DNA of 64,000 nucleotides from the human T2T-CHM13v2.0 reference genome, Homo sapiens. The position numbers and the translations under genes were made by a program. Numbering within the stretch: position 1 is the stretch's first letter; every line of letters starts with the position of its first letter. Positions 1 to 17,001 of the stretch are shown one piece after another. Under the pieces are notes generated by a model. It did not search any database. It had not been told where the DNA came from and worked only from the letters and a program-made list of their open reading frames with translations. The stretch lies in NCBI RefSeq assembly GCF_009914755.1, contig NC_060930.1; one strand, given 5' to 3'.

Positions 1-1755
1 TTCTGCAAAAGAATAAAATACCTAGAAATACAGCTAACTAGGGAGGTGAAAGATTTCTACAATAAGAAGTACAAACCACTCTTCAAATAAATCAGAGAAG
101 ACACCAACAAATGGAACACCATTCCATGCTCATGAATAGGAAGAATCAATATTGTGAAAATGGCTATACTACCAAAAGCAACTTATAGATTAAATGCTAT
201 GCCTATCAAACTAGCAATAACATTCTTCACAGAACTAGAAAAAAAAACTATTTTAAAATTCATATAGAACCAGAAAAAGAGCCCAAATAGCCAAGGCAAT
301 CCTAAGCAAAAAGAACAAAGATGGAGGCATCATATCATCCAACTTCAAACTCTATGTACTACAAGGCTACAGCAAACAAAACAGTATGAAACTGGTACAA
401 AAACAGACATAGACCATATGGAACAGAATAGAGAGCCCAGAAAAAAGGCTGTATATCTATGACCATCTGATCTTTGTCAAAGCTGACAAAAACAAGCAAT
501 GGGGAAAAAACTCCCTATTCAATAAATGTTGGTGGGATAACTGGCTAGCCATATGCAGAGGATTTTTACTAGACTCCTTTCTTATACCACATAAAAAATA
601 ACACAAAATGGATTAAAGATTTAACTGCAAACCCCAAAACTATAGAAATGCTGGAAGACAACCTAAGCAATACCATTCTGGGCATAAGAGTGGGCAAACA
701 TTTTATGACAAAGACACCAAACACAATTGTAACAAAAGCAAAAATTGATAAGTGGTAGCTTTGGCACAGCGGAAGAAACTATCAGACAACCTGCAGGATG
801 GGAATAAATTTTTGTAATCTATGCTTCTGACAAAGGTCTAATATCCAGCATCTATAAGAAAGTTAAACAAATTTACAAGAGAAAAACAACCGCATTTAAA
901 AATGGGCAAAGCACATGGACAGACACTTTCCAAAAGAAGACATACCGATGGCCAAGAAGCAAGCATATGATAAAAAGCTCTATATCACTAACCATTACAG
1001 AAATGCAAATCAAAACTACAGTGAGATACCATCTTATGCCAGTCAGAATGGCTATTATTAAAAGTAAAAAACAAACCAAAAACCAGGTACTGGCAAGGAT
1101 GTGGAGAAAAAGGAACACTTTTACACTGTTGTGGTAAAAATTAGTTCAGCCATTATGGAAGGCAGTGTGCTGATTCCTTAAAGACCTAGAGGCAGAAATA
1201 CCATTCAACCCAGCAATGCTATTACTGGATATATAGCCAAAGGACTATAAATCATTCTACTATAAAGACACATGCAAACATATGTTCATTGCAGCACTAT
1301 TCACAATAGCAAAGACATGGAATCAACCTAAATGTCCATCAATGACAGTTTGGATAAAGAAAATGTGGTACATCTACACCATGGAATACTATGCAGCCAC
1401 AAAGAAAGAACAAGATCCTATCTTTTGCAGGAACATGAATGGAGCTAGAAGCTATAATCCTTAGGAAACTAAAGCAGGAACAGGAAACCAAATACCACAT
1501 GTACTCACTTATAGGTAGAAGAAGCTAAATGATAAAAACTTATGAACACAAAGAAGAAAACAACAGACACTGGGGTCTACTTGAGGGGGGAGGGTGGGAG
1601 GAGAGAGAGTAGCAGAAAAGGTAACTATTGGGTATTGGGTTTAATACATGAGTGATGAAATAATACGTACAACAAACTGTCCCATGACACATTTTTACCT
1701 ATGTAACAAATCTTCACATGTACCCTCAAACCTGAAATAAAAGTTTTTAAAAAAA
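1..1755 (+). mobile_element. L1 (L1PA13-16-like) 3' portion: degraded ORF2 C-terminus, 3' UTR and A-tail; 5' end lies outside the window
   Basis: ORF2-like peptide [20 protein letters not shown] (1282-1464); G-rich 3' UTR at ~1580-1620; ends aaacctgaaataaaagtttttaaaaaaa. Confidence 0.92.
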
Positions 1756-1885
1756 CTATCCTTTAAATTTACTCATATAAAAATAAATGCTATCTGTATA
1801 AATTGGAGTTCATTCTCATCAACAAGTGGGAAATAACAGGCCAGGAGAATCACTCATATTTTGTTTTAATGAAAAGTGATTCATG

Positions 1886-2002
1886 CTGGATATAGTGGCT
1901 TACATCTGTAATCCCAATACTTTGGCATGCCGAGGTGAGAGGATCGCCTGAGACCAGCCTGGGCAACAAAGCAAGGCCTCATATCAACAAAAATAAAAAA
2001 AA
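1886..2002 (+). mobile_element. Alu monomer (FLAM-like) with internal deletion
   Basis: gtggcttacatctgtaatccca...gagaccagcctgggcaaca followed by an A-rich tail. Confidence 0.8.
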
Positions 2003-2438
2003 TCTTAAAAACAAGGCTCATAATTATATAAAAGCATTTGAGCTTGAAAAATATATTTCATCTTTATAATTTCAAAAGCCACAAAATGTAATATATACTA
2101 CATTCACTAGGTCTAAGTCTTAAAAGAAACCAATGTTCTTAGGATTAAATATTTTAACAAGAATGCTACAGAAACCTATTTTCTTTCTATAGTTCAGCAA
2201 TCTCAAAACTTAGTACTTTTAATGCAATAGTGCTCATCCACAAAAGACTAATGAATCATTATTTTTTTCTTATGAATATTTCTCAAACTGAGATTCCTAT
2301 TTCTCTACAAACTAGCTGTGATTAAAAATATAATAATAAGCCAAATCTTAGGTGCCCACTACAGGGCAAAATTATTATTTAATTATATTAATTATTTAGT
2401 GACACATTATCATTGGTGTCCTGAAAAGCAAGCTAACT

Positions 2439-2484
2439 ACACACACACAGACACACACACACACACACACGCGCATGCACACAC
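2439..2484. repeat. (CA)n microsatellite
   Basis: Interrupted CA run read directly. Confidence 0.95.
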
Positions 2485-3289
2485 ATGATAGAACATGTAT
2501 ACATGAACTTTGAAACTCAGATTTCTGAGACCCTACAATGGCAAATAGAACAGAAAAAATTTTTAGTGAAAATATTTATATGTGTTGATAAAGCCTGTAA
2601 GATTATCATATTAATAAACATCACATTTGTTAATTTGTACAGATCAATGGGAAAGTATACTTGCTATTTCAAGTAATCACTTGAAATTCATATGAATTTT
2701 TGAATTGATAATACTAGTAAACAACTATTATAGAATTAAATACTCAGAAATTTATTCAAACCTATTATTAACCTCCATTATGTGATGAAGTCTTCAAGAC
2801 TACAACTAGCAAAGTAGGCACTTCAAGTACAGAAGGTCAAAGTCTGAAATTTTTACACTTTGTCCTGTCAATATCACTTTTCTAATCTGGGGTCTATGAA
2901 TAGATGTGGGTAATCTGTGAAGTTGAATGAGCAATATTATAAATATATATTTTCCACTTACCTGCAATGGACATTTTGCATTACATTCCATTTTGATCGT
3001 AGGCAACAAATCATAGTAATGCTTATTGTACCTAAGATGTGAGGTTTGATCACTCCCTTTACAGTTGTTATAGATATCTCAAAATATCTTTTATGCTAAT
3101 CAATAGACAAATTATAAGATATTTTAATTTTATATTTTAGTAAAGAAACATATATTTCTATACATCAAATATTTTATTTTAAAATTTTCCCAATGACATT
3201 TTAATATAATTGACATTCATTGTAATTGTATGCATTTCTTATATGCATTTAAGCTCTTATTCTAAGTAGAGATCCATAGGTGTCAACAA

Positions 3290-4430
3290 TGGATGTAGAC
3301 TTCCATTGTGGTTCATGGCAAAAAAGAAATTCTGTTAGGTCAAGTGGATTGAGAACGCTCTTTAGATAATCTTCATTCTCACTGATTTTCTGCCTGCATG
3401 ATACATTAATTAATGAACAAGAGACAAAGTCTCCAATGATAATTGTAAAGTTATCTATATCTGTTTGCAGTTCTAACATTTTGACTTATGTATTTTGATG
3501 CTCTGTTGTTACATGCATACCTTTTTAAGGTTCTTATCTCTTCTTGGAAATCTGTGCCATTTATCATTATGTGATATTTCCCTTTATCCCTAATAATCTT
3601 CCTTGTTTCCAAGTCAGCTTTTCCTGAAGTTAATGTAACTTTCCCTGTTTTCTTTGGTTAATGTTGGTATAATATATCTTTCTCCATTTATTTACTCTTA
3701 ACCCATCTGAGTCTTTATATGTAAAGTGGTTCTCTTGTAGGCAGGATATAGCTGTGGGTTTTTTTTTTTAAATCCAATCTGACAATTTGTGTCATTTGAT
3801 TGTTATTTTTATACCATGCACATCTGAAGTGATTATTGATATAGTAGGACTGAAATCGACCATATTGCTAATGTTTATTTTTCTTTTAATTGCTCTGCCT
3901 TTCGTTTCTTTTTTAAATTTATTTTTACTCATGTTAATTGAGCATTGTTTATAAATCTACACTATTTTAAAATGTATACTGTCAATCCAAGGGTAACCAA
4001 CACAAATTTTTTTTAGGAAGTATAAATGAGATGTTCACAAAGGAGATTACATAAGTATATCTTCAAATAATATTATACTTTTTCATATGTAGTATAGCTA
4101 TTGTTTAACAGAATGATCCTAATTCTCTGATGTTTCATATCATTGTCATTCATTTCACTTTTATATATGCTAAAAACATCCAATTTACATTATCACAATT
4201 ATTACTTTAAGTAAGTTAATTTGAGAGCAATTAAGTATAAATACATATATTTTACTTGACTTATTCCTTTTCTGATGTTCTTCTTTATACGTATTCAAGT
4301 TTTTAACCTACATCAATTTTCTTCTATCTCAAAAACTGTCAACATATTTTGTGGAGTAGATGTACTGGCAATAAAATTCTTCAGTTTTTATTGTGTGAAA
4401 AAGTTTTTATGTTTCCTTTCCTTTTTAAAA
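3290..4430 (-). mobile_element. Ancient L1M fragment (ORF2 endonuclease region and upstream)
   Basis: Minus ORF 3249-3479 (TIIIGDF...RQKIS...LNPLDLTE) resembles L1 endonuclease TIIVGDFN...RQKIN...LDL. Confidence 0.75.
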
Positions 4431-4499
4431 ATATAAGTTTTAAAAGTTTCATATTTATTGAATAATATAAGATAGTACAGAAATTTTTAATTTTATAAA

Positions 4500-6683
<2,184 letters not shown>

Positions 6684-8043
6684 CTCTTTTTTCTTAATTA
6701 ACTAAAGACTATCATAAATTTAGATTTCCTTAGTTTTTACCATATGTTTGTTTTCTGTCTGAGGAGCCCATTCAAAACAGGACCTTACATTAAATTGTCA
6801 TGTCTCTTTGTGAAACTCTTTGTGGTGACAGTTTGTCAGAATTTTCTTGCTTTTGATGACCTTGATAATTTTGAATAATACTGGTCAAATTATTTGTAGG
6901 TTGCCCCAATACTGGATTTTTTCTCTGTTTTTTTTTTTTTCTCATTATTACACTGAGTTCATGGGATTTTGAGAGGAGGTGTAATTTCCTCTCAAATTAC
7001 ACAAAGCTAAAGTGTAATTTTCCTCACATGTATGTAAATCAAATGTACATACTATCAATTATTTATGACTATTGATATTGATGGTGGTTACCTGGCTGAA
7101 GTAGTATCTGTCAGATTTCTCCACTATAATGCTATATGTTTTTTCCTCATTCTATTCTGTACTCTTTGAAAGGGGGCCAATGTCTGCAGCTCAGACTTAA
7201 GGAGTGGAGATTTATACTTGTCTCTAGGGTGTCTGTAGATAAATTATTTGGCTTTCTTCTTCATGGGAGATTTGTCTCTTTTCATGACTTATTAATTTGC
7301 TCAATTATGTATTTATATCAGTATAGATGCACAGGTATTTATTTTATCCTCTATGTTATAATCCAGCACTACTTCATTTTTTGCTAAAATTGTTCCAGCT
7401 TTGGATAGTAGAATTTCTTTCACTTGGCTGTTGTGTCGCACTTTGATATATTTCCAACTGTCATTTCTTTTTTTTCTTTCTTTTTCTTTTTTTAGCATTT
7501 CCTTACTTTCTGGCATTATAAGATACTCCAGACTCATCTTATATATTTCCTGCCACAGTCCTAAAATCAACCACTTCTCCAAGAAGCTCCACTTATATTT
7601 ATTAGAGAAACCAAGATGTGGGAATAGATGTGCATGTTGCTACTTGTATGTTTCTTCAGATCCTATAAGGGGACAAAGCAAAAAATACATGTATGTGTAC
7701 ACTAACATGTGTATAGACATATTTTATAAATAATTCTATATGTAACTGTTCATATATACATGAAATTAAATAAATTCCCAGTGAGATAGGTAACCTTAAT
7801 CCATATTACCAAATGTATCATACTACTTTCTACCTCTTGTGTATCTACAACATCCGACTCCAACCGTGAGAACCTGACTCATAGTGTAAGCCAACTTTTT
7901 TCTTAATTCTTCAATTTCAGTATACATCTGTAGTAGTAGCAGAAATGTTAACTCATATTTCTACAGAAAACAACTTTATCAAATAAATTCCTTATGAGCA
8001 TTTTAATTTTGCCTTTAATCTTAGAGACTCCATTCATTTCTGA

Positions 8044-8481
<438 letters not shown>

Positions 8482-8701
8482 TATCCCATGACTTTCTATG
8501 TAATTTTTAAAAATTTGTTTTCATTAAGGTTCTTTTTTATTTTCTATATTTCTACATTTCTTGACAAATGCATAGTGTCAAATATCCTTATTTACAGTAT
8601 CATACGAAATAGTCGTACTCTTTAAACATTTCCTGTGCTTCACTTATTCTCAGCCTTTAGTAATTATTTGATCTTTTATTATCCCATTAGTTTTGCCTTT
8701 T

Positions 8702-8933
8702 CTAGAACATAATATAAATGGAATCATATAGCACATAGCCTTGTAAGCTGGCTATTATACATTTAAGTTTTTTCCTGTTATTTTTTGGCTTGATAGCACA
8801 GATTGTTGATGCAATGAAATATTTTTCAACAATCTGAGCTATCAAGCCAAACAATAACCTGGAAAAACCTTAAAAGTATATTAGCCAGTTGACAGGGCTA
8901 CATGCTATAGATTCCATCTATATTATATTCCAG
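8702..8933. repeat. Imperfect inverted repeat, ~108-bp arms with a 16-nt spacer
   Basis: 8702-8809 is the reverse complement of 8826-8933 (e.g. ggcttgatagcacagattgttga / tcaacaatctgagctatcaagcc). Confidence 0.92.
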
Positions 8934-9987
8934 TTTATTTATCTGTTCACCTATTGAAGGACTTCTTGGTGTATTCCTGTTTTGGGTAATTATTCATAAA
9001 ACTACTACAAACTTCTACCTGCAAGTTTTAGTGTGAACATAGATTTTAAACCATTGTATAAGAACCTCAGGGCATGATTGTCAAATTGTATGGTGACATG
9101 TTTAACTATGTTGGAAGCTGCCATATTGTCTTTGACAGAGGATATACTATTTTATTAACACACGCTCATCAGCAATAAGTAGGAGCTCCTTTAGAAGCTC
9201 CAATTATCCCTGCATTATTTGAGGAAAAGCCATCATTTCTCCATTGAGTTGCCTTTGCTTCTTCGTCAAAGATCACTTGACTGTATTAGTATGGTTCTAT
9301 TTCTGAGCTTTGTACTCTGTTCCATGGGCCTATTATTTCATTAATACAATGACTCCTTAGCTACTGTAGCTTTATGGTAAATCTTTAAGTTGAATAGTAT
9401 AAGTCTTCCAGCTTTGCTCTTCTTTAATATTGTGTTGACTACTCCAGATCTTTTGCTCTTGCACATAAGCTTTATAATAAGTTTGTTGATAATAAAAATT
9501 AGTCTGCTGAAATTTTTATTGGGATTAAGTTGAAGTTTTAGATAAATTCGGAAAGAAATGGCATTTTAAGAATATTGAGCCTTCCAATATATGAACACAA
9601 GATCTTTTCATTTACTTGGGTAGTCATCAATTACTTTTAAAAGAGCTTTGTAGTTTTCCATGTCGAGTTTCTGTACATATTTTGTTACATTTATACATAT
9701 TTTAGAGTCATTATAAATAAATATGGTCTTAATTTAAATTGCTCATTGCTGGTATATGGGAAAGAAATTTACTCTCTATATTAATCTTATATCCTGTGTA
9801 AAATTGAGATAATCATTTATTTCCAGAACTTTTGTCAAATCTCTGGGATTTTCTACATAAACAGGTATGTCATCTGCATGCAAAGATAGTTTTATTTAGT
9901 TTTCCCAATGTGTATATTTAATTTTTCTCTCATTGTATTAGCTAGGATTTATAGTATATTGTTGAATAGTAATGATGGAGAGAATTT

Positions 9988-11100
9988 TGAATATAATTTT
10001 ATCTTATTGTGGTAAGAACCCAGCATGAGACCCGCCTTTTTAACAAACTTAAAGTGTACAATACAGTATTGTTGACTATAGGTACAATGTTATATAACAC
10101 ATCTCTAGAAATCATTCTTCTTGCTTAACTGAAATATTTTGCCCATTGATTGATGAGTAACTCCCCATTTCCTCTATCCCCAGGCCCTATAAGCTACCAT
10201 TCCACTCTGATTCTATGAATTTGAGTATTTTAGACACCTCATATATGTGAAATCATGCAGTATTTATCTTTCTGTGACTAGCTTATTTCGCTTACTGTGT
10301 TTTTACTTTAATTTCATTTTACTATGGCCTCAAGGTTCATCAATGCTGTCATATATTATGAAATTTCCTTCATGTTAAAGGCTAAAAAATATCCCATTGT
10401 ATGTATACACCATATTTTCTTTATCCAGTCATCTGTCAAAGAACATTTGAATTGTTTCCATATCTTGGCTATTTGTGAGAAATTGTGAGAAAAAAAATTG
10501 CCAGTTTGTGAGAAAAAGAAATAAAAAGACCTCCAAATCAGAAAGGAAGAAGTAGAATTGTTTCTGTTTACAAGTGGCATGGTCTCGTATAATGAAACTT
10601 TAAAGACTCCGTTAAAAAATGTTAGAACTAACAAATGGATTTAGTAAAATTGCAGGATACAAAATTAAAACATAAAAAAATTGTGTTTCTGTGCATTAAC
10701 AATAAACTATTTTAAAATAAAATTAGAAAACCAATTTCATTAACAAACAATAAATTAATTAGAAACAAACTACAGAGATGAAGGACTTATATATTAAAAA
10801 CTATGAAACATTAATAAAATAAATTTTAAAAGACACAAGAAAATGAAAAGACATCATGTGTTCACAGATTTAAAAACTAATATTTTTTAAATGTGCATAT
10901 TTTTCAAAGCAATCCACAATGTTGTCATCACCAAAACTTCAATGGTATTTTTTACAGAAAAAAAAAGAAGAAATTTTATAATCAACATGCAACCACAAAA
11001 ATCATAAATAGCCAAATCAATCTAGAGAAAGAAAAACAAAACAGTGGTTATCTCACTTCCTGATTGCGAAATATAATACAAAGCTACAGAAACCAAAATG
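9988..11100 (-). mobile_element. L1MA9/L1MB-like insertion with 5' inversion (3' end on minus 9988-10478; ORF2 RT piece on plus ~10510-11100)
   Basis: gtggtaagaac...aagtgtacaatacagtattg 3' end, then strand switch to sense ORF2 (gaaaaagaaataaaa...ggaagaagtag); host L1 resumes afterwards. Confidence 0.75.
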
Positions 11101-11881
11101 GTGAGGCAATATTTGCTTTGTTCTCAATATTAGAGGAAAGCATCTAATTTATCACAGTTAAATATAATATTTACTATTGATTTTTTGTAGGTGTTCTTAA
11201 TCACATTGAGCAAGTTCCCCTATATTGTCAGTTTGCTAAGTGTGATTATCATAACTGGAAGTTATATTTTGTCAAAACTTTTCCTGCATCAATTGATATG
11301 ATTGTATGATTTTTCTTCTTTAGTCTGTTGATTTGGTGAATTACATTAAATGATTTGTGAATGTTGAACCAGTCTTGCATACGTGAAATAAATCCCACTT
11401 GACCATGAAATATAATTATTTTGATATATTGGTGGATCCAATAAGTTAGTATCTTTTGAGAAGTTTTGCATCTAGGTTCATGAGAGATACTGGTTTGTAC
11501 TTTTCCTTTCTTGTAATGTTTGTGTCTACTTTTGGCATTAGGGTAATTTTTGCCTCATAGAATGAGTGGAAAGTCTTCATTCTACTTGTAGTTTCTAGGA
11601 TGGTTTGTGGAGAATTGGTATCATTTATTCTTTAAATGTTTGGTAAAATTTACCTCTTAAAATCATTTGTTCCTGATGCTTTCTTTTCAGAAAGATTATT
11701 AATTTTGGTTTAATTTATTTAATAGATATTGGTGTTTTCAGATTATATATTTCTCCTACATGAGTTTGGAAGTTTGTGTTATTCAATAAGTTAATCAATT
11801 TCATCAAAGTTTTAAAATTGTAGTGTCCATGGAATAAACAGTGATGGCCTCATGGAATCAAAAAGATACCCTCTTTTTTAG

Positions 11882-12211
11882 TTCTTTTGTTTGTTTGTTT
11901 TTTGTTTTTGTTTTGGCTTTGGTTTTTTTGAGACAAGGTCATGCTCTGTTGCCCAGGCTGGAGTGCAGTGTCATGATCTTGGCTCACTGCAACCTGTACA
12001 GCCTGGCTCAAGTGATTCTTGCACTTCGGTCTACAGAGTAGCTAGGACTACAGGCACATGCCAGCATGCCCAGCTAATTTTTGTATATTTTGTAGAGATG
12101 GTCTTTGGCCACGTTGCCCAGGTTTCTCTCCAAACTCCTGACCTCAAGCGACCCACTCGCCTGGGCCACTCAAAGTGTTGGGATTATAGGCGTGAGCCAC
12201 CACACTCTGCC
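11882..12211 (-). mobile_element. Alu (old, J/S)
   Basis: Full antisense dimer; TSD ccctcttttt on both sides. Confidence 0.93.
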
Positions 12212-14105
12212 CTCTTTTTCATTTCTGATATCGGTAAACTGTATCTTTTCTCCTTTTTCCGCTGGTTAAATTGACCAAAAGTATATCAGTCTTCTCAGTT
12301 TACCAATTTATTAATTATATTGAAATTTTCTAAGAAACAGCATTTGGTGCTTCTCTTAAATTCACGTTTTTTTTTGTTTTGTTTTGTTTTGTTTTCAGAT
12401 ATCTAGATGAGGGTTTGTACTAGGACCCTAATTCTCTGATGGTCCGAGAAAAGCTGTCAATTTTCAGGTTGTTCATCTTTTCTCTTCTTTTAATGTTCAG
12501 CATGGAATTTTCAAGCTTTTTACATATCAAAATTGAAACTAAGTCTATGTCTGAATTTAAATATATATATGTATACATATATATGTCTTAAAATATTTTT
12601 CTTGTGCTCTTGTTACTTTTTAAAATAGCATTCTGTTCTCATTTATGATTTCAATTTCTCCTTGTGGACTTTTTAAATGACTATCTTTAAAAAAACATAT
12701 TCTGCTTCTGAAATTATTTTTATTTATTTTGGTCACATATTTTATTTTTTAAACGTTTGTTTATCCTTTTTTTAATTTTGTATTTTTTTAAGTTCTGTTG
12801 ATCCAGAATGGGCCATTCGTATTTAACAATGATGCCTGCAACTATGGGAGAGAAATTCCATATGTGGGCAGAATCTGTTCAATGTTATTCTTTATTTTCT
12901 TTGCTGGAGCTTAGGGCTGGTTGTTTTGCTGGGCAGAAATTCACTCCTCTAAGGTGCATTTGACATTTTTAAGAAAAAGTGTTGACTCATAGTTTCTTGA
13001 CATTCTGAATATAAAGTAAGATAGATAAATTGGTGGTTTAAATGCTTTGCGTAACTTCAATTAATTTCCTTGGCTTTCAACCTCATGACTTGCCTCTAAC
13101 ATTCCTGGTGTTTCCAAATCGAAAGCTTCCCAAGCATATTTGGGCAGGATTACTGAATATTCTAACCTGCAGCTTCTGCCAACTTATTTTATCAGTTGGC
13201 ATTCCTCTCTCTTCATTTAGTGTTCTCACAATCTGTTGAAATCTTTTCTGATTTTTTTTTCCTTTCCAATTCTTTTTACTATTTTAAGCCCATGTGCTTT
13301 CTGTAATATCATTTAATCATATTTAGGAAAAAGGTAAAAGAGAAAAATGTGTATACAGCAAGCCTTATTTAATTGGAGTTCCCACCTGAAGTGCTTCAAA
13401 TAAAATTTAATATAAATTTAAGTTATTTTGAAAGATTCTAAAGATTATTACTTATTTATAATATTGTCATATTTGACAGTTCACTAAATAGTGCAGAGAA
13501 AGCCTCAGAAGCCCAGATTATTTTTCTAACAACATTGACTTCCAAAAGGGAGGAAGTGTGGTGATTGTTCCTTAATTGTTACATTTTGTGATCTACTGAT
13601 TATTTTTAAAGACAGCAATCTTTATACTTTTCCAAGTAAAAATGTTTTAAAATAAAAAAGTCTATTACAGCAATATTTTTATAAATGTAGACATTTTATT
13701 ATGAATGCAGAAGAAAGATGTAAACTCCTAATAATGATCAAAAGAGATAGTGCCAGGTCTTACATATAATCTTTCTGGGTTCATACAGTTGTTGTCTGAA
13801 GTTGGGAAACAATTGCCTAGCAAAATTATTGAAAATGATCATATAACACAGTAGCCCTTAAGAAGCACTTTATAAGGCATATGTGCTTGGCTATGATGAA
13901 ATTTAACCCAGCCTTTCTAATTCTCATCATTGACTTTATTAAATAGCCCCAATAACTCTGCTGAGAAACATTTAATCATGAAAGCCAGATCTGTATGAAA
14001 CATTATAGCATAATTCACATTTTAATGCTGACTAGACCACTGGCAATTACAAGCAGCACCCAGAGATAGATAACACATAATTTATGCATTTAAAAATGTT
14101 TTGTT

Positions 14106-17001
14106 AAGCAAAAATTGACAAATAGGATCTAATTAAACTAAAGAGTTTCTGCACAGGAAAAGAAACTATTCATATCAACAGAGTAAACAGACAACCTATA
14201 GAATGGGAGAAAATTTTTGCAATCTATCCATCTGACAAAGGCCTAATATCTAGCACCTATAAGGAAAGTAAACAAATTTACAAGAAAAAAACAAACAACC
14301 TCATTAAAAAATGGCAAAGGACATGAACATACTCTTCCTCTTCTCAAAAGAAGATATACATGCGGCCAACAAACATATGAAAAAAAAGAAGCTCAACATC
14401 ACTGATCATTAGAGAAATACAAATCAAAACTACAATGAGATACCATCTCACACCTGTCAGAATGGCTGTTATTAAAAAGTCCAAAAACAACAGATGTTTG
14501 TGAGGTTGTAAAGAGAAAGGAATGCCTTTACACTCTTGGTGGGAGTATAAGTTAGTCCAACCATTGTGGAAGACAGTGTAGCAATTTCTTAAAAACCTGG
14601 AGGCAGAAATAGCATTTGACCCAACAGTCGCATTACTGGGTATATGCCCAAATGACTATAAATCTTTCTATTACAAAGATACATGCACACATATGTTCAT
14701 TGCAGCACTATTCACAATAACCAAGACATGGAATCAACCTAAATGCCCATCAATGACAGACTGGGTAAAGAAAATGTGGTGCACATACACCATGGAATAT
14801 TATGCAGCCATAAAAAGAAATAAGATCCTGTCCTTTTTGGGGCCATAGATGGAGCTGTAGGCTATTATTATTAGCAAACTAACGCAGGGACAGAAAACCA
14901 AACAGAGCATGTTCTTGCTTATTAGTAGGAGCTAGATAATGAGAATATACGGACACATAGTGGGGAACAACACACACTGGGGCTTACTGGGTGTGGGGTG
15001 GGGCATGGGAAGAGCTAGAGGAACCGGAAGAATAGCTAATGGATGCTGGGCTTAATACCTAGATGATGGGGTGATCTGTGCAGCAAACCACCATGGCACA
15101 TGTTTATGTAACAAACCTGCACATCCTACACATGTACCCCTGAACTTAGAAGAAAAGTTGGTTTGTAGTTCTCCTTGAAGAGGCCCTTCAAATCTCTTGT
15201 TAGCTGTATTCCTATGTATTTTATTCTCTTGGTAGCAATTGTATATGGGAGTTCATTCATGATGTGGCTCTCTGCTTGTCTGTTGTTGGTGTAAAGGAAT
15301 GCTTGTGATTTTTGCACATTGATTTTGTATCCTGAGACTTTGCTGAATTTGCTTATCAGTTTAAGGAGTTTTGGGGCTGAGATGATGGGGTTTTCTAAAT
15401 AGAAAATCATGTCACCTGCAAACAGAGACAATTCGACTTCCTCTCTTCCTATTTGAATATGCTTTATTTCTTTCTCTTGCCTGATTGCCCCGGCCAGAAC
15501 TTCCAATGCTACATTTAACGGGAGTGGTGAGAGAGAGCTTCCTTGTCGTGTACCAGTTTTCATTCAAAGAGAAAGCTTCCAGTTTTTTCCCAGACACCCA
15601 TTCAATATGTTATTGACTGTGGGTTTGTCATAAATAGCTCTTATTGTTTTGAGATAGCATTCATCAATACCTACTTTATTGACGGTTTGTAACATGAAGA
15701 GATGTTGGATTGTATCAAAGGCCTTTTCTGCATTTATTGAGATAATCATGTGGTTTTTGTCTTTGGTTCTGTTTATGTGATGGATTATGTTTACTGATTT
15801 GCATATGTTGAGCCAGCCTTGCATCCCATGGATGAAGCTGACTTGATCGTAGTGGATAAGCTTTTTTACTTTCTGCTGGATTCGGTTTGCCAGTATTTTA
15901 TTGAGGATTTTTGCATCCATGTTCATCAGGGATATTGGCCTGAAATTTTCTTTTTTTGTTGTGTCTCTTCTCTGTTTTGGAATCAGGATTATGCTGGCTA
16001 AACTAAGCTTTACATATTTTAAGTTCTCAATTTGTTCTTTAAAAGTATGTAATTGCTATAAAAATAATAGAGAATTCAGAAAAAATGTTTTAACAAAATG
16101 CTAATATCTTTTGCAATTATATTTAAATGCAACAGGGATGCTATTTGAAATAAGAAAAAAAAACAAACAACCCCATCAAAAAGTGTGCAAAGCATATGAA
16201 CAGACACATCTCAAAAGAAGATATTTATTTGACCAACAAACATATGAAAAAAGCTTGACATCACTGATCTGAGAAATGCAAATCAGAACCACCATCAGAA
16301 ACCATCTCACACCAGTCAGAATGGCTATTATTAAAAAGTCAAGAAACAATATATCCTGGCAAGGCTGTGAGAAATAGGAACGCTTTACGCCGTTGGTGGG
16401 AATGTAAATTAGTTCAACCATTGTGGAAAAGAATATGGTGATTCCTCAAGGATCTAGAACCAGAAGTATCATTTGACCCAGCAATCCCATTACTGGGTAT
16501 ATCCTCAAGGATTATAAATCATTCTACTATAAAGACACATGTACACATATGTTTACTGCAGCACTATTTATAATAGCAAAGTCATGGAACCAACCCAAAT
16601 GCCCATCAATGATAGGCTGGATAAAAAATATGTTGTACATATATACCTTGGAATACTATGCAGCCATAAAAAGGAATGAAGTCATGTCCTTTGCAGGGAC
16701 ATGGATGAAGCTGGAAGCCATCATCCTCAGCAAACTAACACAGGAACAGAAAACCAAACACTGCATGTTCTCACTCATAATTGGGAGTCGAACAATGAGA
16801 ACACATGGACACAGGGAAGGGGAACATCACACACCAGGACCTGTTGGGGGTGGGAGTGAGGGGAGGGAACTTAGAGGACAAGTCAACAGGTGCAGCAAAC
16901 CACCATGGCACACGCATACCTATGTAACAAACCTGCACTTTCTACACATGTATCCTGGAACTTAAAGCAAAATTTTTAAAAAGTTGGAAATGTAAAAAAA
17001 T
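14106..17001 (+). mobile_element. 5'-truncated L1PA10-13-like element (body 14106-15161, tail 16988-17001), split at its 3' end by a younger L1
   Basis: ORF2 end and 3' UTR (ggaagaatagctaatggatgctggg); outer TSD aa(a/c)atgttttgtt at ~14093-14105 and ~17003-17015. Confidence 0.88.
15162..16978 (+). mobile_element. L1PA8-like twin-primed insertion: inverted RT segment 15162-15998, non-L1 filler ~15999-16151, sense 3' part 16152-16978
   Basis: Minus ORFs carry RT motifs ([18 protein letters not shown]); TSD aaaagttgg at 15153-15161 and 16979-16987. Confidence 0.88.
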
